From Myxococcales bacterium (GTDB lineage: Bacteria > Myxococcota_A > UBA9042 > JABWCM01 > BTVJ01): a DNA stretch of 64,000 nt. The position numbers and the translations under genes were made by a program. The DNA lies in assembly GCA_045863395.1 (NCBI GenBank), contig BTVJ01000011.1, positions 1 through 64,000 on the forward strand, in the 5' to 3' direction. This document shows, one piece after another, positions 47,801 to 56,613 of the stretch (its first letter is position 1; the number at the start of each line of letters is the position of its first letter). The notes beneath the pieces were generated by a model. The model was not told the origin of the DNA, searched no databases, and worked only from the letters and a program-made list of their open reading frames with translations.

Positions 47801-50800
47801 TGCGGTGCTCGGCGCGGCAGGCCCCGCCGTCAATGGTGGCGTAGCCGTACTGGACACCTGGGGTGGCGCCATCGCCCTGGGCCCCGCGGGGGGCAACCTC
47901 GTGCGGCTGATCTCGCCCGCCGGGGTCGTCGATGAGGTGTACTACGGCGAGGCCGCCTTCCCGCCCCTGGTGGCGGGCGTGAGCATCGAGCTGGACCAGG
48001 GCTACCTCGACGAGCTGTCCAATGACGAGGGCGGGCGGTGGTGCCCGTCTCAGAAGGTGTTCGGCGCAGGGGATCAGGGGTCGCCCGGGGCAGGTGGCCA
48101 CGACTGCTCGGCGATCCCCGCGTGTGGCAACGGCATCGTGGAGCTCGGGGAGTCCTGCGACGACGGCAACGACGTGGGCGGTGATGGGTGCTCCGAGGGC
48201 TGCGTCACCGAGGAGTGGCCCCAGCCGGGGCCCGGCGAGCTCGTGATCACGGAGATCATGCAGAACCCGGCCGCCGTGGATGATGCGGGCGGGGAGTGGT
48301 TCGAGGTGCGCAACGTGACCGGCGACACGCTGGACCTGAGCGGCGTGGTCATGAAGGACCTGGGCTCGGACGTGCACGTGATCTCGCCGGAGCACCCCCT
48401 GCTCGTGGCGGCCGGCGCTCACCTCGTGCTCGGCCGGTCCTCGGACGTCGGCGGGGGGCTCGCCCCGGGCTATGTCTACGCGGGCTTCACGCTGGGCAAC
48501 GCGTCGGACGCCATCGTCCTGGAGGGGGCCGCGGGGCTCATCGACGCGGTGGCTTACGACAACGGCCTCACGTTCCCCGACCCGGACGGCGCCTCGATGA
48601 GCCTGGACCCGGAGGCGACCACCGCGGCGGCCAACGACCTGGGCGCCAACTGGTGCGCAGGCAAGACCCCCTACGGCGCCGGTGATCTGGGGAGCCCGGG
48701 GGCAGCCAACCCGCCCTGCTCGTCGTGCGGCGACGGCGTGGAGGATCCGGGCGAGGACTGCGACGACGGCAATGACGAGGGCGGGGACGGCTGTGAGCCG
48801 GACTGCACGCTCACGCCGGACTGCGGCAACGGCGTGGTGGAGGCGGGGGAGCAGTGCGACGACGGCAACGAGGCCAGCGGGGACGGCTGCTCCGGATGCC
48901 TGGTGGACTCATTCCCGGCGCCTGGCCTGGGAGACGTCGTGATCACGGAGATCATGGTGGACCCGGTGGCGCTCCCCGACGCCCTCGGCGAGTGGATCGA
49001 GGTGTACAACAACACGGCCGGGATCCTGGACCTGAGCGGCGTCGTCCTGCGGGACAACGGCGGCGAGGCGGTCGTGCTGTCTCCCGCGAAGGCGCTGTGG
49101 ATCAAGCCGGGCCAGCACCTGGTCCTCGCGCGCACGGACGCGGCGGGGGTGGACCCCGCGGCCGTCTACGGCGACGCCTTCACCCTGGACGACGACGCCG
49201 ACGAGGTGATCCTCGAGGGGCCGGCCGGCTTCATCGACCAGGTCCAGTACAGCGTCGAGGGGGGGTTCCCGCTGGCGCAGGGCGCGTCCATGAGCCTCGG
49301 GTCGGAGACGACCACGGCCTTCCTCAACGACCTGGCGCTGGCCTGGTGCGTGGCGACGACGCCCTTCGCCAGCGGCGATCTCGGGACCCCCGGCGCGCCC
49401 AACCCCGCCTGCCCGTACTGCGGCAACGGTGTGTCCGAGGGCGGCGAGGCCTGCGACGACGGCAACCAGGACACGGGCGACGGGTGCGAGCCCGACTGCA
49501 CGCTGACCCCGGACTGCGGCAACGGCGTCGTCGAGGCCGGTGAGGCCTGCGACGACGGCAACGAGGTCAGCGGGGACGGCTGCTCCGCGGACTGCGCGGT
49601 GGAGATCATCGGCCACCCGCCCGCCGGTGCCGTCGTGATCACCGAGATCATGCAGAACCCGGAGGCGGTCCCTGATGCGGCCGGGGAGTGGGTCGAGCTC
49701 ACCAGTGTCGGGACGGTCGCCTACGACCTGTCCGGCGTCGTGCTGCGGGACGACGACGGCGAGGCGGTGACCCTGTCGCCCACGGCGCCGCTCCTGCTCC
49801 CGCCCGGTGGGGTGCTGCTCCTTGGGCGCAGCGGGGACCTGGGCGGCGGTCTGGCGCCGGACTGGGTGTACGGCGGAGGCTTCTCGCTACTGAACGGGGC
49901 GGACGGCGTCATCTTGGAGGGGGAGCTCGGCATCATCGACGTGGTGCGCTACGACGACGGCGTGACCTTCCCGGATCCCATCGGGCGCTCCATGAGCCTC
50001 TCGCCGGACATGACCGACGCCGTGGCCAATGACGACGGCGCCGCGTGGTGTGAGGGGTTCGTCGCCTATGGGGCCGGCGACTTCGGGACCCCCGGCGCGC
50101 CCAACCCGCCGTGCCCGGTGTGCGGAGACGGCGCCGTCGAGGGGTGGGAGGAGTGCGACGACGGCAACGACGAGGGCGGCGACGGCTGTGAGGTGGACTG
50201 CACCGTCACGCCGGCTGCCTGCGGCAACGGCCTGCTGGACGCGGGGGAGGAGTGCGACGACGGCAACGAGGACGACGGCGACGGCTGCGACTCGGCGTGC
50301 TTCTTCGAGTTCAAGCCGCCGGCGCCGGGGCAGCTCGTGATCACCGAGATCATGCGCGACCCGGTGGGCGCGGGGACGTGGTGGGTGGAGGTGACCAACG
50401 TGGCTGGCGTGGCGTTGGACCTCGATGGCCTGGCCCTCGCCGACGACGGGACGGACCTGTACCTGGTCGCGTCCGCGGCTCCGGTGCCCCTGTTGCCTGG
50501 AGAGGCGTTCGTGTTCGCCGCCGACGGAGACCTGGAGACCAACGGCGGTGTGCCCGTGGACCACGTCGTCGCCGGGTTCTCGCTGGATGCCGACCAGGAC
50601 CAGGTCATCTTGCTGGGCGAGCTGGGCGTCCTGGACCGGGTGGCCTACGACGACGGCTTCCCGTCGCTGCCCGGGGCGTCCATGGCGCTCGACCCGGGGC
50701 TGTACGATGCGGTGGACAACGACCTGCCCGAGGCGTGGTGCCTGGGGGCACTGCCGTATGGAGCCGGCGGCCTCGGCACGCCAGGCGCAGTCAACCCGCC

Positions 50801-53696
50801 GTGCCCCATCTGCGGCGATGGGGTGGTCGTCGCTCCCGAGGAGTGCGACGACGGTCCCGGCAACAGCGACTCGCTGCCCGACGCCTGCCGCACAGACTGC
50901 CGGGAGGCGCGCTGCGGCGACGGCGTGGTCGATAACGGTGAGGAGTGCGACGGGAGCCTCGGGGCCGGCTGCACCCCGGAGTGCTTGCTGCTGTCGAGCC
51001 CCATCGTGCCCGGCGACCTGGTGATCACGGAGATCATGGTGGACTCGGTCGCGGTCGACGACGCCGTTGGTGAGTGGTTCGAGGTGTTCAACCGCACGGG
51101 GGAGATTCTGTCCATCGGCGGGCTGCACGTCGCCGACGGGCAGGGCTCGGCCCTCGTGCTCTCCGTGCTGATTCCCCCGTATGGAACGGTGGTGCTCGGC
51201 CGCTCCGCGGACCCGGCGCTCAACGGCGGAGTCCCCGTCGACTACGTCTACGAGGGCGTGACCTTGGGGGACTCGGAGGGGACGCTGGCCCTGAGCGTCG
51301 GCGGTGTGCTCATCGACCAGGTGGAGTGGTGGGCGGGTTGGCCTCTGGCGAGCGGCGCGGCCCTGTCCCTGGACGTCGCGAGCTACGACGCGGTGGCCAA
51401 CGACGACCCGGCGAGCTGGTGCCTGGCCACGCAGGTCTACGGCACCGGAGACCGGGGCACGCCAGGGCTCGCAAACGACCAGTGCGGTGGGTGCGGCAAC
51501 GGGGTGAAGGAGCCCGGTGAGGGGTGCGACGCCGGGCCGCTGAACAGCGACACCGTGAAGGACGCGTGCCGGCTGACCTGCGAGCTCCCCTGGTGTGGCG
51601 ACGGCGTCGTGGACACGGGCGAGGAGTGCGACGAGGGCGTCGGCAACAGCGATGTGTTGGCCGGGGTCTGCCGGACGAGCTGCGAGCTGCCAGGGTGCGG
51701 CGACGGCGTGACGGATCCGGCGGAGTTCTGTGACGACGGCAACCTGAGCCCCGGCGACGGGTGCGAGCCGGACTGCACCGTCGGGCCCGTGCTGTGCGGC
51801 AACGGTGCGCTCGACGCCCACGAGCAGTGCGACGACGGCAATCTGGATCCTGGGGACGGCTGCGAGCCGGACTGCTCATATACGAATTACTGCGGCAATG
51901 GCGACCTGGACCCAGGGGAGCAGTGCGACGACGGCGAGAATGAGCCCGGCGATGGCTGCGACCCGTCGTGTCTGCTGGACGAGGGGCCGCCGGTCCCTGG
52001 CGAGCTGGTGATCACCGAGATCATGAAGTCGCCCCTGGCGGTCTCCGACCCGCAGGGCGAGTGGTTCGAGGTGCGCAGCGTGGCCTCTCGGACTCTGGTC
52101 CTCGACGGGTGGGGGCTGATGGACGACACCAGCGATCTGCACGTGATCGGGTCCCTGCAGGTGCCCCCCGGCGGCGTCGTGGTCTTCGGGACAAATGGAG
52201 ATGTGGGAACGAACGGCGGCGTGGTGGTCGACTACGTGTACCCCTCGGTGGATCTGGTGCTCGACGTGGCCGACTCGCTGGTCATCGGTGACGGTCTCGT
52301 GGAGATAGACCGGGTGGACTGGGACGGCGGCTGGCCGAGCACCCCCGGAGTGGCGATGAACCTGGACCCGGGCCGCACGACGGCCGTGCTCAACGACAAG
52401 CAGGTGAGCTGGTGCGACGCCTCGGGGCAGATCGCGCAGGTCGGGCCGGACTTCGGCTCGCCGGGCGAGACCAACCCCATCTGCTGGTCCCTGCTCTGCG
52501 GAAACGCCAAGCTGGACGGGACGGAGCAGTGCGACGACGGGGCCTCCAACAGCGACACGGAGCCCGACGCCTGCCGGAGTGACTGCACGGTGGCCCGGTG
52601 CGGAGACTTCGTGACCGACGGCGGCGAGGAGTGCGATGACGGCGGCCTGATCGGTGGCGGCTGCGAGCCCGACTGCACGTGGACCCGCGTCTGTGGAAAC
52701 GGCGTGGTCGAGCCCGGGGAGGAGTGCGACGACTTCAACGACCAGGGTGGGGACGGCTGCACCGAGGAGTGCCAGATCGAGGTCGTCTGCGGCGACGGGG
52801 TCGTGGCGGGCGACGAGGAGTGCGACGACGGCACCGGGAACAGCGATGAGGTGCCCGGGGCGTGTCGGCTGAACTGTGTCTTCGCGTTCTGCGGCGACGG
52901 CGTCCTCGACCCCGGGGAGGGCTGCGACGACGGCAACCAGGATGCGGGCGACGGGTGCGAGCCGGGGTGTCCCATCCCCGTCGCGTGCGGCAACGGCGTC
53001 GTCGAGCCCGGTGAGGAGTGCGACCACGGCATGCAGAACAGCGACACCCTGGCCAACGCGTGCCGGACCTCGTGCAAGGCGGCGCACTGCGGCGACGGCA
53101 CCATTGACGCGGGCGAGGTGTGCGACGACGGCAACGACGTGGACGGCGACGCGTGTCCCTCGTCCTGCGCTGCGATTCCGCCGTCTCCGGGGGCGGTGAT
53201 CGTCAACGAGCTGATGATTCACCCGAGCGCGGTGGTGGACTCGGACGGAGAGTGGATCGAGCTGGCCAACACCACGAGCGACTGGATCGACCTGCGCGGC
53301 ATGGTGGTCAGCGACATCCAGGGTCAGTCTCACACCATCGCGGACCTGCTCCCGGTGCTGCTGCCCGCCCACGGGTACATCGTGCTGACCAACAACGGCA
53401 ACCCGGGCGCGAACGGGGGCGTGTTCCCGGGCTACGTGTATCCGAGCGCCGATTTGGGGTTGGAGGACGTGGAGGACGGCGTGATCCTCACGTTCGACGA
53501 GGTGGAGATCGACCGGGTGGTCTACACGGTGGGCTGGCCGGCGGGCAGCGGCGCGAGCATGTCCCTGGCGCCGTGGGCCATGTCCGCGGTCGCAAACGAC
53601 GTCCCCGCGGCCTGGTGCAACGCGACCAGCGAGATTGGCGCCATGCCCGGCGCAGACCTGGGGACGCCAGGCGGCCCCAACGACCCCTGCCCCTGA
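41811..53696 (+). CDS. Giant (~3961 aa) surface lipoprotein: 14 lamin-tail-like domains with Myxococcus Cys-rich (DUF4215-like) spacers
   Basis: Lipobox LAA-C. Fourteen modules start (G)xLVITEIMxNP...GEWxE and end WC...G(T/S)PG. Spacers read CGNGxxExGEECDDGNxxxGDGC. Confidence 0.9.
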   Translation: MKVRFACAIAALFLLGLAACSGEDGPAPPPGTDVVDGAGGVDAEPQDAQPDATGEPDAPDAGGDTADAGTDAPDPADVPDTTVADVDATGPAERLLVTEVMRNPKAVPDGDGEWIELTNVGEVPVALDGLRLRDDGTDDHVITGSGVVLKPGELVVVGSNGDQGQNGGAPVGYVYSGFVLGNDADAVIVERDGVVLDRVAYGAGWPDVEGSSFMLAPSAMDEAANDAPGAWCASVTPMSGGDRGTPGEPNPPCVDPVEADCTNGTDDDGDGVTDCDDSDCYAAPACAPIPPGALVITEIMQNPDAVQDTVGEWIEIANTTDMPLDLDGLVLAKASGTKHVISNGGPLLVAPGGLIVLGASADTAANGGAPVAYTWSGYSLGNGADDVILRSGDLVVDQVAWDDGATFPDPTGASMALSPDALDADANDAGAAWCASTAPFGAGDLGTPGLPNPPCEPPLCGNGEPDPGEVCDDGNQVPGDGCEPNCKVTPGGCGDGKMNPGEECDDGNLKAGDGCSPSCELEQALPPGALLITEIMVNPKAVDDPKGEWFEVLNTTVLPVDLAGFTIGDGQTDLHVITPKKPLLLAPGKRFVLGPNDDVNTNGGLIVDYAYGADLVLGNGGDTLFIAYGKVVDSVTWTFPAFPGFEGRAMQLAPEHHSAVANDLASSWCGATAVYGAGDFGTPGAPNTPCVPCGNGTKEPEEQCDDGNFVSGDGCEPDCTLTPPPCGNGKPDAGEQCDDGNDVPGDGCEPDCTLTPPLCGNGALDDGEECDDGNADGLDGCDADCKVEVAPGDVVITEIMQNPAAVADADGEWFEVRNLRDHDIPLGGWTIADMGTDLHVIGDLVLPAGGVLVLGNNAEMGTNGGAPVDYQYAGVVLGNGADSIVLSRAGVVIDQVAWDDGLTFPDPDGASMQLDATKLDAGINDLGGAWCVGQVPYGAGDRGTPGGANLPCTGLVKCGDGACDPDAGEDCRTCTGDCGPCDGCLPAAAAGCGGCACEACVCGDDAFCCDVAWDLACALGCSACGAACQSDGCSPSVLPGCGQCACEAAVCAADPSCCDVAWDDGCVAACVAAGGDCGSDGCSVSALPGCDGCGCEACVCAQDPSCCDVAWDIQCVQRCFECSGGCLSDGCAASALPGCNGCACEAAVCGDDAWCCEVAWDVSCAAACGATQDCGSDGCAVSQLAGCGSCACEADVCAGDPICCEVAWDASCAAACAATQDCGSDGCSPSVRPGCGGCACEAAVCAADPACCDVAWDLRCALACSATQDCGTDGCSPSVAGGCGGCACEAAVCAADPACCDVAWDAACVVACLAHQDCGFSCGDGTLEPGEQCDQGASNSDTEPGACRTSCEPAWCGDGVTDPGESCDDGNDAPGDGCASCLVETPAVGPGDLVITEIMQNPAAVSDALGEWFEVKNTTSATLDLSGLVIRDNGTDSHVIEGGPQVLLGPGAVLALGNNGNPATNGGAPVGYQYSGVTLGNTSDAIIVMAGAVVIDQVAWDDGATFPKPNGASMSLDPSATDAAANDLGAAWCLGTTGYGAGDMGTPGAPNPVCPACGDGVCGDLEICATCPGDCGACSDGCTESPWPGCSGCACEACVCAADSFCCDTAWDAACVTLCALDCQGCSTCGNGQVEPGEECDDGGEEDGDGCSAECAVEVTSPYPGSLVITEIMADPVAVSDLTGEWVEVLNVTSTPLTLDGLQLADASGATFTVAPAVPLVVAPGARVVFGLSGTEGDNGGVAVDVVYGGFALGDAGDTVTLLHGGKVVDQVAYGPPFPLVPGRSMSLDPGLTTAADNDDAESWCAGNQPFGDGDLGTPGAPNPPCGSGFCGNGLVESGEECDHGGANSDTEPDACRTDCRAPSCGDGVTDTGESCDDGNDEPGDGCEVDCKATGEQDCGNGTVELPEECDDGNDDPTDGCTECEWSALPVQAGALVITEILAVSKATPSPAGAWIEIYNPGVSPVDVRLLVVSDGAGGLHTIAGGPDPRLVPPGEFAVLGAAGPAVNGGVAVLDTWGGAIALGPAGGNLVRLISPAGVVDEVYYGEAAFPPLVAGVSIELDQGYLDELSNDEGGRWCPSQKVFGAGDQGSPGAGGHDCSAIPACGNGIVELGESCDDGNDVGGDGCSEGCVTEEWPQPGPGELVITEIMQNPAAVDDAGGEWFEVRNVTGDTLDLSGVVMKDLGSDVHVISPEHPLLVAAGAHLVLGRSSDVGGGLAPGYVYAGFTLGNASDAIVLEGAAGLIDAVAYDNGLTFPDPDGASMSLDPEATTAAANDLGANWCAGKTPYGAGDLGSPGAANPPCSSCGDGVEDPGEDCDDGNDEGGDGCEPDCTLTPDCGNGVVEAGEQCDDGNEASGDGCSGCLVDSFPAPGLGDVVITEIMVDPVALPDALGEWIEVYNNTAGILDLSGVVLRDNGGEAVVLSPAKALWIKPGQHLVLARTDAAGVDPAAVYGDAFTLDDDADEVILEGPAGFIDQVQYSVEGGFPLAQGASMSLGSETTTAFLNDLALAWCVATTPFASGDLGTPGAPNPACPYCGNGVSEGGEACDDGNQDTGDGCEPDCTLTPDCGNGVVEAGEACDDGNEVSGDGCSADCAVEIIGHPPAGAVVITEIMQNPEAVPDAAGEWVELTSVGTVAYDLSGVVLRDDDGEAVTLSPTAPLLLPPGGVLLLGRSGDLGGGLAPDWVYGGGFSLLNGADGVILEGELGIIDVVRYDDGVTFPDPIGRSMSLSPDMTDAVANDDGAAWCEGFVAYGAGDFGTPGAPNPPCPVCGDGAVEGWEECDDGNDEGGDGCEVDCTVTPAACGNGLLDAGEECDDGNEDDGDGCDSACFFEFKPPAPGQLVITEIMRDPVGAGTWWVEVTNVAGVALDLDGLALADDGTDLYLVASAAPVPLLPGEAFVFAADGDLETNGGVPVDHVVAGFSLDADQDQVILLGELGVLDRVAYDDGFPSLPGASMALDPGLYDAVDNDLPEAWCLGALPYGAGGLGTPGAVNPPCPICGDGVVVAPEECDDGPGNSDSLPDACRTDCREARCGDGVVDNGEECDGSLGAGCTPECLLLSSPIVPGDLVITEIMVDSVAVDDAVGEWFEVFNRTGEILSIGGLHVADGQGSALVLSVLIPPYGTVVLGRSADPALNGGVPVDYVYEGVTLGDSEGTLALSVGGVLIDQVEWWAGWPLASGAALSLDVASYDAVANDDPASWCLATQVYGTGDRGTPGLANDQCGGCGNGVKEPGEGCDAGPLNSDTVKDACRLTCELPWCGDGVVDTGEECDEGVGNSDVLAGVCRTSCELPGCGDGVTDPAEFCDDGNLSPGDGCEPDCTVGPVLCGNGALDAHEQCDDGNLDPGDGCEPDCSYTNYCGNGDLDPGEQCDDGENEPGDGCDPSCLLDEGPPVPGELVITEIMKSPLAVSDPQGEWFEVRSVASRTLVLDGWGLMDDTSDLHVIGSLQVPPGGVVVFGTNGDVGTNGGVVVDYVYPSVDLVLDVADSLVIGDGLVEIDRVDWDGGWPSTPGVAMNLDPGRTTAVLNDKQVSWCDASGQIAQVGPDFGSPGETNPICWSLLCGNAKLDGTEQCDDGASNSDTEPDACRSDCTVARCGDFVTDGGEECDDGGLIGGGCEPDCTWTRVCGNGVVEPGEECDDFNDQGGDGCTEECQIEVVCGDGVVAGDEECDDGTGNSDEVPGACRLNCVFAFCGDGVLDPGEGCDDGNQDAGDGCEPGCPIPVACGNGVVEPGEECDHGMQNSDTLANACRTSCKAAHCGDGTIDAGEVCDDGNDVDGDACPSSCAAIPPSPGAVIVNELMIHPSAVVDSDGEWIELANTTSDWIDLRGMVVSDIQGQSHTIADLLPVLLPAHGYIVLTNNGNPGANGGVFPGYVYPSADLGLEDVEDGVILTFDEVEIDRVVYTVGWPAGSGASMSLAPWAMSAVANDVPAAWCNATSEIGAMPGADLGTPGGPNDPCP
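44754..45770 (+). repeat. Seven tandem 144-147-bp repeats encoding a 48-49-aa Cys-rich unit
   Basis: Units start at 44754, 44901, 45048, 45195, 45339, 45483 and 45627. The consensus is DGC-x5-GC-x2-C-x-CEA-x-VC-x2-D-x2-CC-x-VAWD-x2-C. A lone copy starts at 46548. Confidence 0.9.
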
Positions 53697-53714
53697 CGCT
53701 CGAGAGAGACTGAG

Positions 53715-54197
53715 ATGGCACGTGCCCTCTTGCCCCTGACGACGACGGTCGAGCAGCGCGCCGAGCTGCTCGACGGCACCCAGCTCGGGAAGGACCTGGC
53801 GTGGCCGGAGCTCGTCGGCGTGGCGACGTTCATGCGCTCCCTCCGGGCCGAGCCGGGGGCGACGCTCTTCGCGGAGGGCGACCGCCAGGGGCGCCTCTGG
53901 GTCGTCGCGGCCGGGACGGTGAGCATCCAGAAGGCGGACTCGGACGGCAATCGCAAGGAGATCGCGACGGTCGGGGCGGGCCGCATGCTCGGCGAGATGG
54001 GGCTCGTCGACGGGGCGCCCGCCTCGGCGAGCGCCGTGGCCGCGACGGACGTGACCGCGCTCGTGCTCACCCGCGACGACTTCGACGCGATGACCGAGCG
54101 GCCGCCGTTCACGGGCGTGAAGCTCCTGCGGCACATCGCGCGGCTCTTGAGTCAGCGCCTGCGCCAGACCAGCGGCGCGCTGGTCGATAGATTGTGA
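53715..54197 (+). CDS. Stand-alone cyclic-nucleotide-binding domain protein
   Basis: LFAEGD, GTVSI, GRMLGEMGLVDG and ARLLSQRLRQT. It starts 18 nt after the giant gene. Confidence 0.85.
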   Translation: MARALLPLTTTVEQRAELLDGTQLGKDLAWPELVGVATFMRSLRAEPGATLFAEGDRQGRLWVVAAGTVSIQKADSDGNRKEIATVGAGRMLGEMGLVDGAPASASAVAATDVTALVLTRDDFDAMTERPPFTGVKLLRHIARLLSQRLRQTSGALVDRL

Positions 54198-54375
54198 CGC
54201 ACGGCCGTGACCGGCCGTGACGCTGTGGCAGACCCTGGCAGGGGCCTCACCGTGCGGGTATGAGGGGCTGCAGGGTGACGGCTCGTTCCAACAACCACGC
54301 CACCATCGCCCTGCGGAGCGGCTGCCCTGAGCTCCTCGGGCTCCCCGTCTCAGAACAGGTTGGCGCAGACGGAGC

Positions 54376-56313
54376 TCAGGCGGCCTCGGGCACTCGGCCG
54401 CAGTGGTGGCAGCTCAGAGTGCCGCTCGCGACGCCGAGGAGCCCTCCGCAGCTCCGGCAGGCCCGCTCCCGCGCCAGCGTCCGGTAGAGGTCGCGGGCCA
54501 CGATGCGGGCGCAGGATCGGTCATATACCGCGTCTATCTGGTCGGCTCCCGTGAGGAAGACCGCCAACCCCGCCGCCTCGTCATGCGTGCAGCGCAAGAA
54601 CGCGCCAAGCTGCACGAGCGACATCTCTCCGCGCGCCGCGAGCTCGCGGTCAAGCTCGCTCGCGCTCCAGCGGCCGAAGTGCAGCAGATTGCGGCGTGAC
54701 CGCAGCGCCACGAGCGCGGCGAGCGGGACGAGCAGCGGCGTGAGCACCAGGAGCGCGACGAGCAGCGGCCCATAGCCACGCCCATCCGTGAGCGCCTTGC
54801 CCGCCCGTCGCGCGAGCCACCCCAGGAGCCCTCCGATGGCCGCGACACCGGCGCTCCAGCCCACCGCCGCGCCGAAGCCGGCGTGCACCAGCTCGTCGAA
54901 GAAGGCCACGACCACCATCAGAGCGGTCCACACGAGGATCGCCACGCCGAACGCGTCGAGCAGGGAGGCGAGGGCCGCCACCAGGTTCGGGACGGGTCGC
55001 AGGGGCACGGCTGCTCGCATCCCGGCATATTCGCGGTCGCAGTGGCGGCACGTGACGAGCCCGGCCCCGGTCACGTGCGTCGCGCCTCCGCAGCCCGGGC
55101 ACAGCGCCAGGTCGTCCCGCAGCGCGGCGGCGTCGGGAGACAGCGCCTGCCCGGCCTCCCAATCCACGACCAGCGGGAGCTCGGGGTGGCCCCGCACGAT
55201 GGACTCGAGCCGCGAGCGGGACAAGCGGAACCGCCGCGCCAGCGCGCCGAGCTCGACCACGCCCTCGGCGCGGACCACCTCGGCGATGCGGTAGCGCGCT
55301 GCGCCGATCCACGTGCGCACGCCGGGCGTCCACCAGGCGAGCAGCGGGGCAGCGGGGATGAGCGGCACGAGCCAGAAGGCGGGCTCCACCTGAGCCGCAG
55401 GCCACAGGAGCACCGCGTACAGGACGGGGACTCCGAAGGCCAGGTGCCACGCCTCCGCGTGTGTGCGCCGCAGGAGTCGCAGCAGCCGAAGCGCCACCCA
55501 CGCGAGCGCGCCGAGCAGCCCCGCGTAGGCCAGCGCCGCGGTCGCCCCCGCCGTGAGCCGCTCCACGCCCGTGTATTGGGGCGAGAGCACGTCGAAGGCC
55601 ACGAGGGGCACCATCAAGGAAATGGTGGCGCCGAGCGCCGCTGCCTGACCGAGCGCCATGACCGCGACGCTCGCCACCGGCGGAAGCACCAGGGCGATGA
55701 GCGCCAGGGCGAGCAGCAGCGCGACGGCCACGGCCGGCACACCGAGCTGCCGCAACGCTTCGGACCAATATGCGGGCGCCGGTGGCAGGTCCGGCACCTC
55801 GACGCGGATGTGCAGCACGGAGTCTGCGGGGAGCGGCCCGCCCCGCGTGGTGAGACTGCCGTCGGCGCGCTCCGCCTCCGGGAGCTCGGCGACCGAGAGC
55901 CTGGCGTCCGTCCCCGCCTCGAGCCGCACCGAGACCGCGCTGAGTGGCGGCGCGTCGTACAAGCGCAGCACGAGCTCGCCGCGTGGCTCCGTCGGGTGCA
56001 GCGCGCCGTGCAGCGTGTAGCTCACCGTGGGCGCGGTGGTCGCGGAGAGCTGCACGCGGACCCGATCACTGCCGTAGCGCATCACCTCGGAGGTCGCGCC
56101 TGCGACCTGGAGCCCGGTGACCCGCTGCGCCAGCGGCGGGCGGCCCGACCAGGGTCCGAGGAACACGCTGCGGGCGAGCCCGGACGGCTCTCCTTCGAGG
56201 GCCCAGCGCTCGGTGACGGCGAGCCCGCGGTCCCCGGTCGGCGTGAGCACGATCTCGAGCTCAGCGGAGGGCGCGAGCCCGAACAGCGCGATGGTGAATA
56301 GGAGCCACGTCAC
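54376..56313 (-). CDS. Membrane protein with an extracellular N-terminal domain and two wHTH-like plus Zn-ribbon modules
   Basis: Signal-like N-terminus, TM bundles, CPGC...CRHC and CRSC...CHHC. The GTG start at 56313 is inferred. Confidence 0.6.
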   Translation of the reverse strand: MTWLLFTIALFGLAPSAELEIVLTPTGDRGLAVTERWALEGEPSGLARSVFLGPWSGRPPLAQRVTGLQVAGATSEVMRYGSDRVRVQLSATTAPTVSYTLHGALHPTEPRGELVLRLYDAPPLSAVSVRLEAGTDARLSVAELPEAERADGSLTTRGGPLPADSVLHIRVEVPDLPPAPAYWSEALRQLGVPAVAVALLLALALIALVLPPVASVAVMALGQAAALGATISLMVPLVAFDVLSPQYTGVERLTAGATAALAYAGLLGALAWVALRLLRLLRRTHAEAWHLAFGVPVLYAVLLWPAAQVEPAFWLVPLIPAAPLLAWWTPGVRTWIGAARYRIAEVVRAEGVVELGALARRFRLSRSRLESIVRGHPELPLVVDWEAGQALSPDAAALRDDLALCPGCGGATHVTGAGLVTCRHCDREYAGMRAAVPLRPVPNLVAALASLLDAFGVAILVWTALMVVVAFFDELVHAGFGAAVGWSAGVAAIGGLLGWLARRAGKALTDGRGYGPLLVALLVLTPLLVPLAALVALRSRRNLLHFGRWSASELDRELAARGEMSLVQLGAFLRCTHDEAAGLAVFLTGADQIDAVYDRSCARIVARDLYRTLARERACRSCGGLLGVASGTLSCHHCGRVPEAA

Positions 56314-56613
56314 GTGTCGTTGCCGCTGGTCAGGGTGGGCCGCCCGCGCGTGTCGTCGAGACCGCCACGGGAACCCCAGTGTCGCTGCGGGCCTTCTACC
56401 ATGGATGACGGCCCGAGGCCACGCACGGGTGGGCGCCACACAGGGGCCGCGCCGCTCTCGCCGCGGTGCTCGGCCGCTTCGTGCCCCCGGGGGGGCTCCC
56501 TGTAGACGCGACCAGCAGCGGCGCTGCCCTCGGGGGCTCTCTGGAGTGGTTGAGCGCCCCGACCGGGATACTCCGGCAGTCCCACACTCCGGCAGCAGGG
56601 CCACGCCGGACGC

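Noticed and set aside
42801..48422. 1873-aa ORF on the minus strand (also 1607-4909, 6682-8817, 9726-11774 and similar)
   Set aside because: These are antisense shadows of real high-GC genes. They have no motifs and the composition expected from reverse-complemented codons.
54198..54375. Short direct repeats (CGGCCGTGAC x2 here, ACTCCGGCAG x2 near 56570-56595)
   Set aside because: Only two 10-bp copies each in GC-rich DNA, with no supporting context.
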